Positions 63,632 to 64,000 of a stretch of DNA of 64,000 nucleotides are shown here, piece by piece. Where the stretch lies: assembly GCA_963755515.1 (NCBI GenBank), contig CAVWKA010000005.1, positions 108,114 through 172,113 on the forward strand, read 5' to 3'. The first letter of the stretch is position 1. Each line of letters starts with the position of its first letter. The notes under the pieces are model-generated. The model was not told the DNA's origin. It made no database searches and was given only the letters and a program-made list of their open reading frames with translations. The stretch comes from an uncultured Verrucomicrobiae bacterium (GTDB lineage Bacteria; Verrucomicrobiota; Verrucomicrobiia; Limisphaerales; UBA11358). Made by a program: the position numbers and the translations under genes.

Positions 63632-64000
63632 TCATTGTAGTTGAATCGAACGATAAAACCGCTGTCCGACCATTGGTGTGCTTGTGTCTATCCAAAGATA
63701 TGGACTATATGGAAGTGAAAAATTCGTTATTGCCGTCCAGTTCGAATTCAGGCCCCCACTATACTGAATCTGGTACGTCAGGCCCACTGTTCCGTTCAAC
63801 GTAATACCAGCGAAGGGCGAGATGGCGAGCGATACAGGCGGCAAGTTTGAGGGCGTTGCAACTAAACCCGACTGACATATGCTGTAGTTTGACGACACGC
63901 CAACGAACAGTCCTTGACCATAAGTCATTGGATTGAAAACAAATCCAGTCTCATTGAAGTTTGTGGATTCAACATTCCACTCCCGGCCGTTCCCGCTAGA
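63632..64000 (-). CDS. C-terminal part of a secreted protein with Verrucomicrobia-type C-terminal domain (partial; continues beyond window)
   Basis: Frame open to the window edge; 'YGQGLFVGV' repeat-like segment and 'G.TYQIQYS..L..NW.......RFYR' tail. Confidence 0.75.
   Translation of the reverse strand, partial: SSGNGREWNVESTNFNETGFVFNPMTYGQGLFVGVSSNYSICQSGLVATPSNLPPVSLAISPFAGITLNGTVGLTYQIQYSGGLNSNWTAITNFSLPYSPYLWIDTSTPMVGQRFYRSIQLQ

Overview
Bacterial chromosomal window, most likely from Verrucomicrobiota (Pedosphaera/Limisphaerales-like). This is inferred from DUF1559 prepilin-like, GYF/DUF4339 and '..RFYR..' C-terminal-domain proteins and a His6-type HisA. Core content: the nuoD(end)-EFGHIJKLMN operon, addB, fba, hsp20, tRNA-Tyr, ffh, rpsP-khpA-trmD-rplS-dprA, hisA, thiG, rfaE1, panB, dapF, pyrD and parE/parC-type topoisomerase genes. 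Clustered frameshifts, including in conserved housekeeping genes, look like long-read consensus errors. Accessory highlights: (1) an antisense tRNA-Gln(CUG) and a nucleotidyltransferase two-gene cassette inside the nuo operon. (2) An accessory region downstream of tRNA-Tyr that opens with a translationally coupled triad (TIGR04255-like + 'WDG' protein + ART-like protein), a candidate tripartite toxin/anti-phage system. (3) A diversity-generating retroelement (DGR) remnant: an FGE/C-type-lectin target gene whose C-terminal codons fit an AAC-derived variable region, followed by a truncated avd not in the ORF track, with no RT or template repeat recognised in the window. (4) Several TA modules and remnants, MITE/REP-like repeats, in-frame repeat insertions in AddB and HisA, and an AlbA_2 + HEPN-like pair at the right end. 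All family assignments come from motif recognition by eye, not from database searches.
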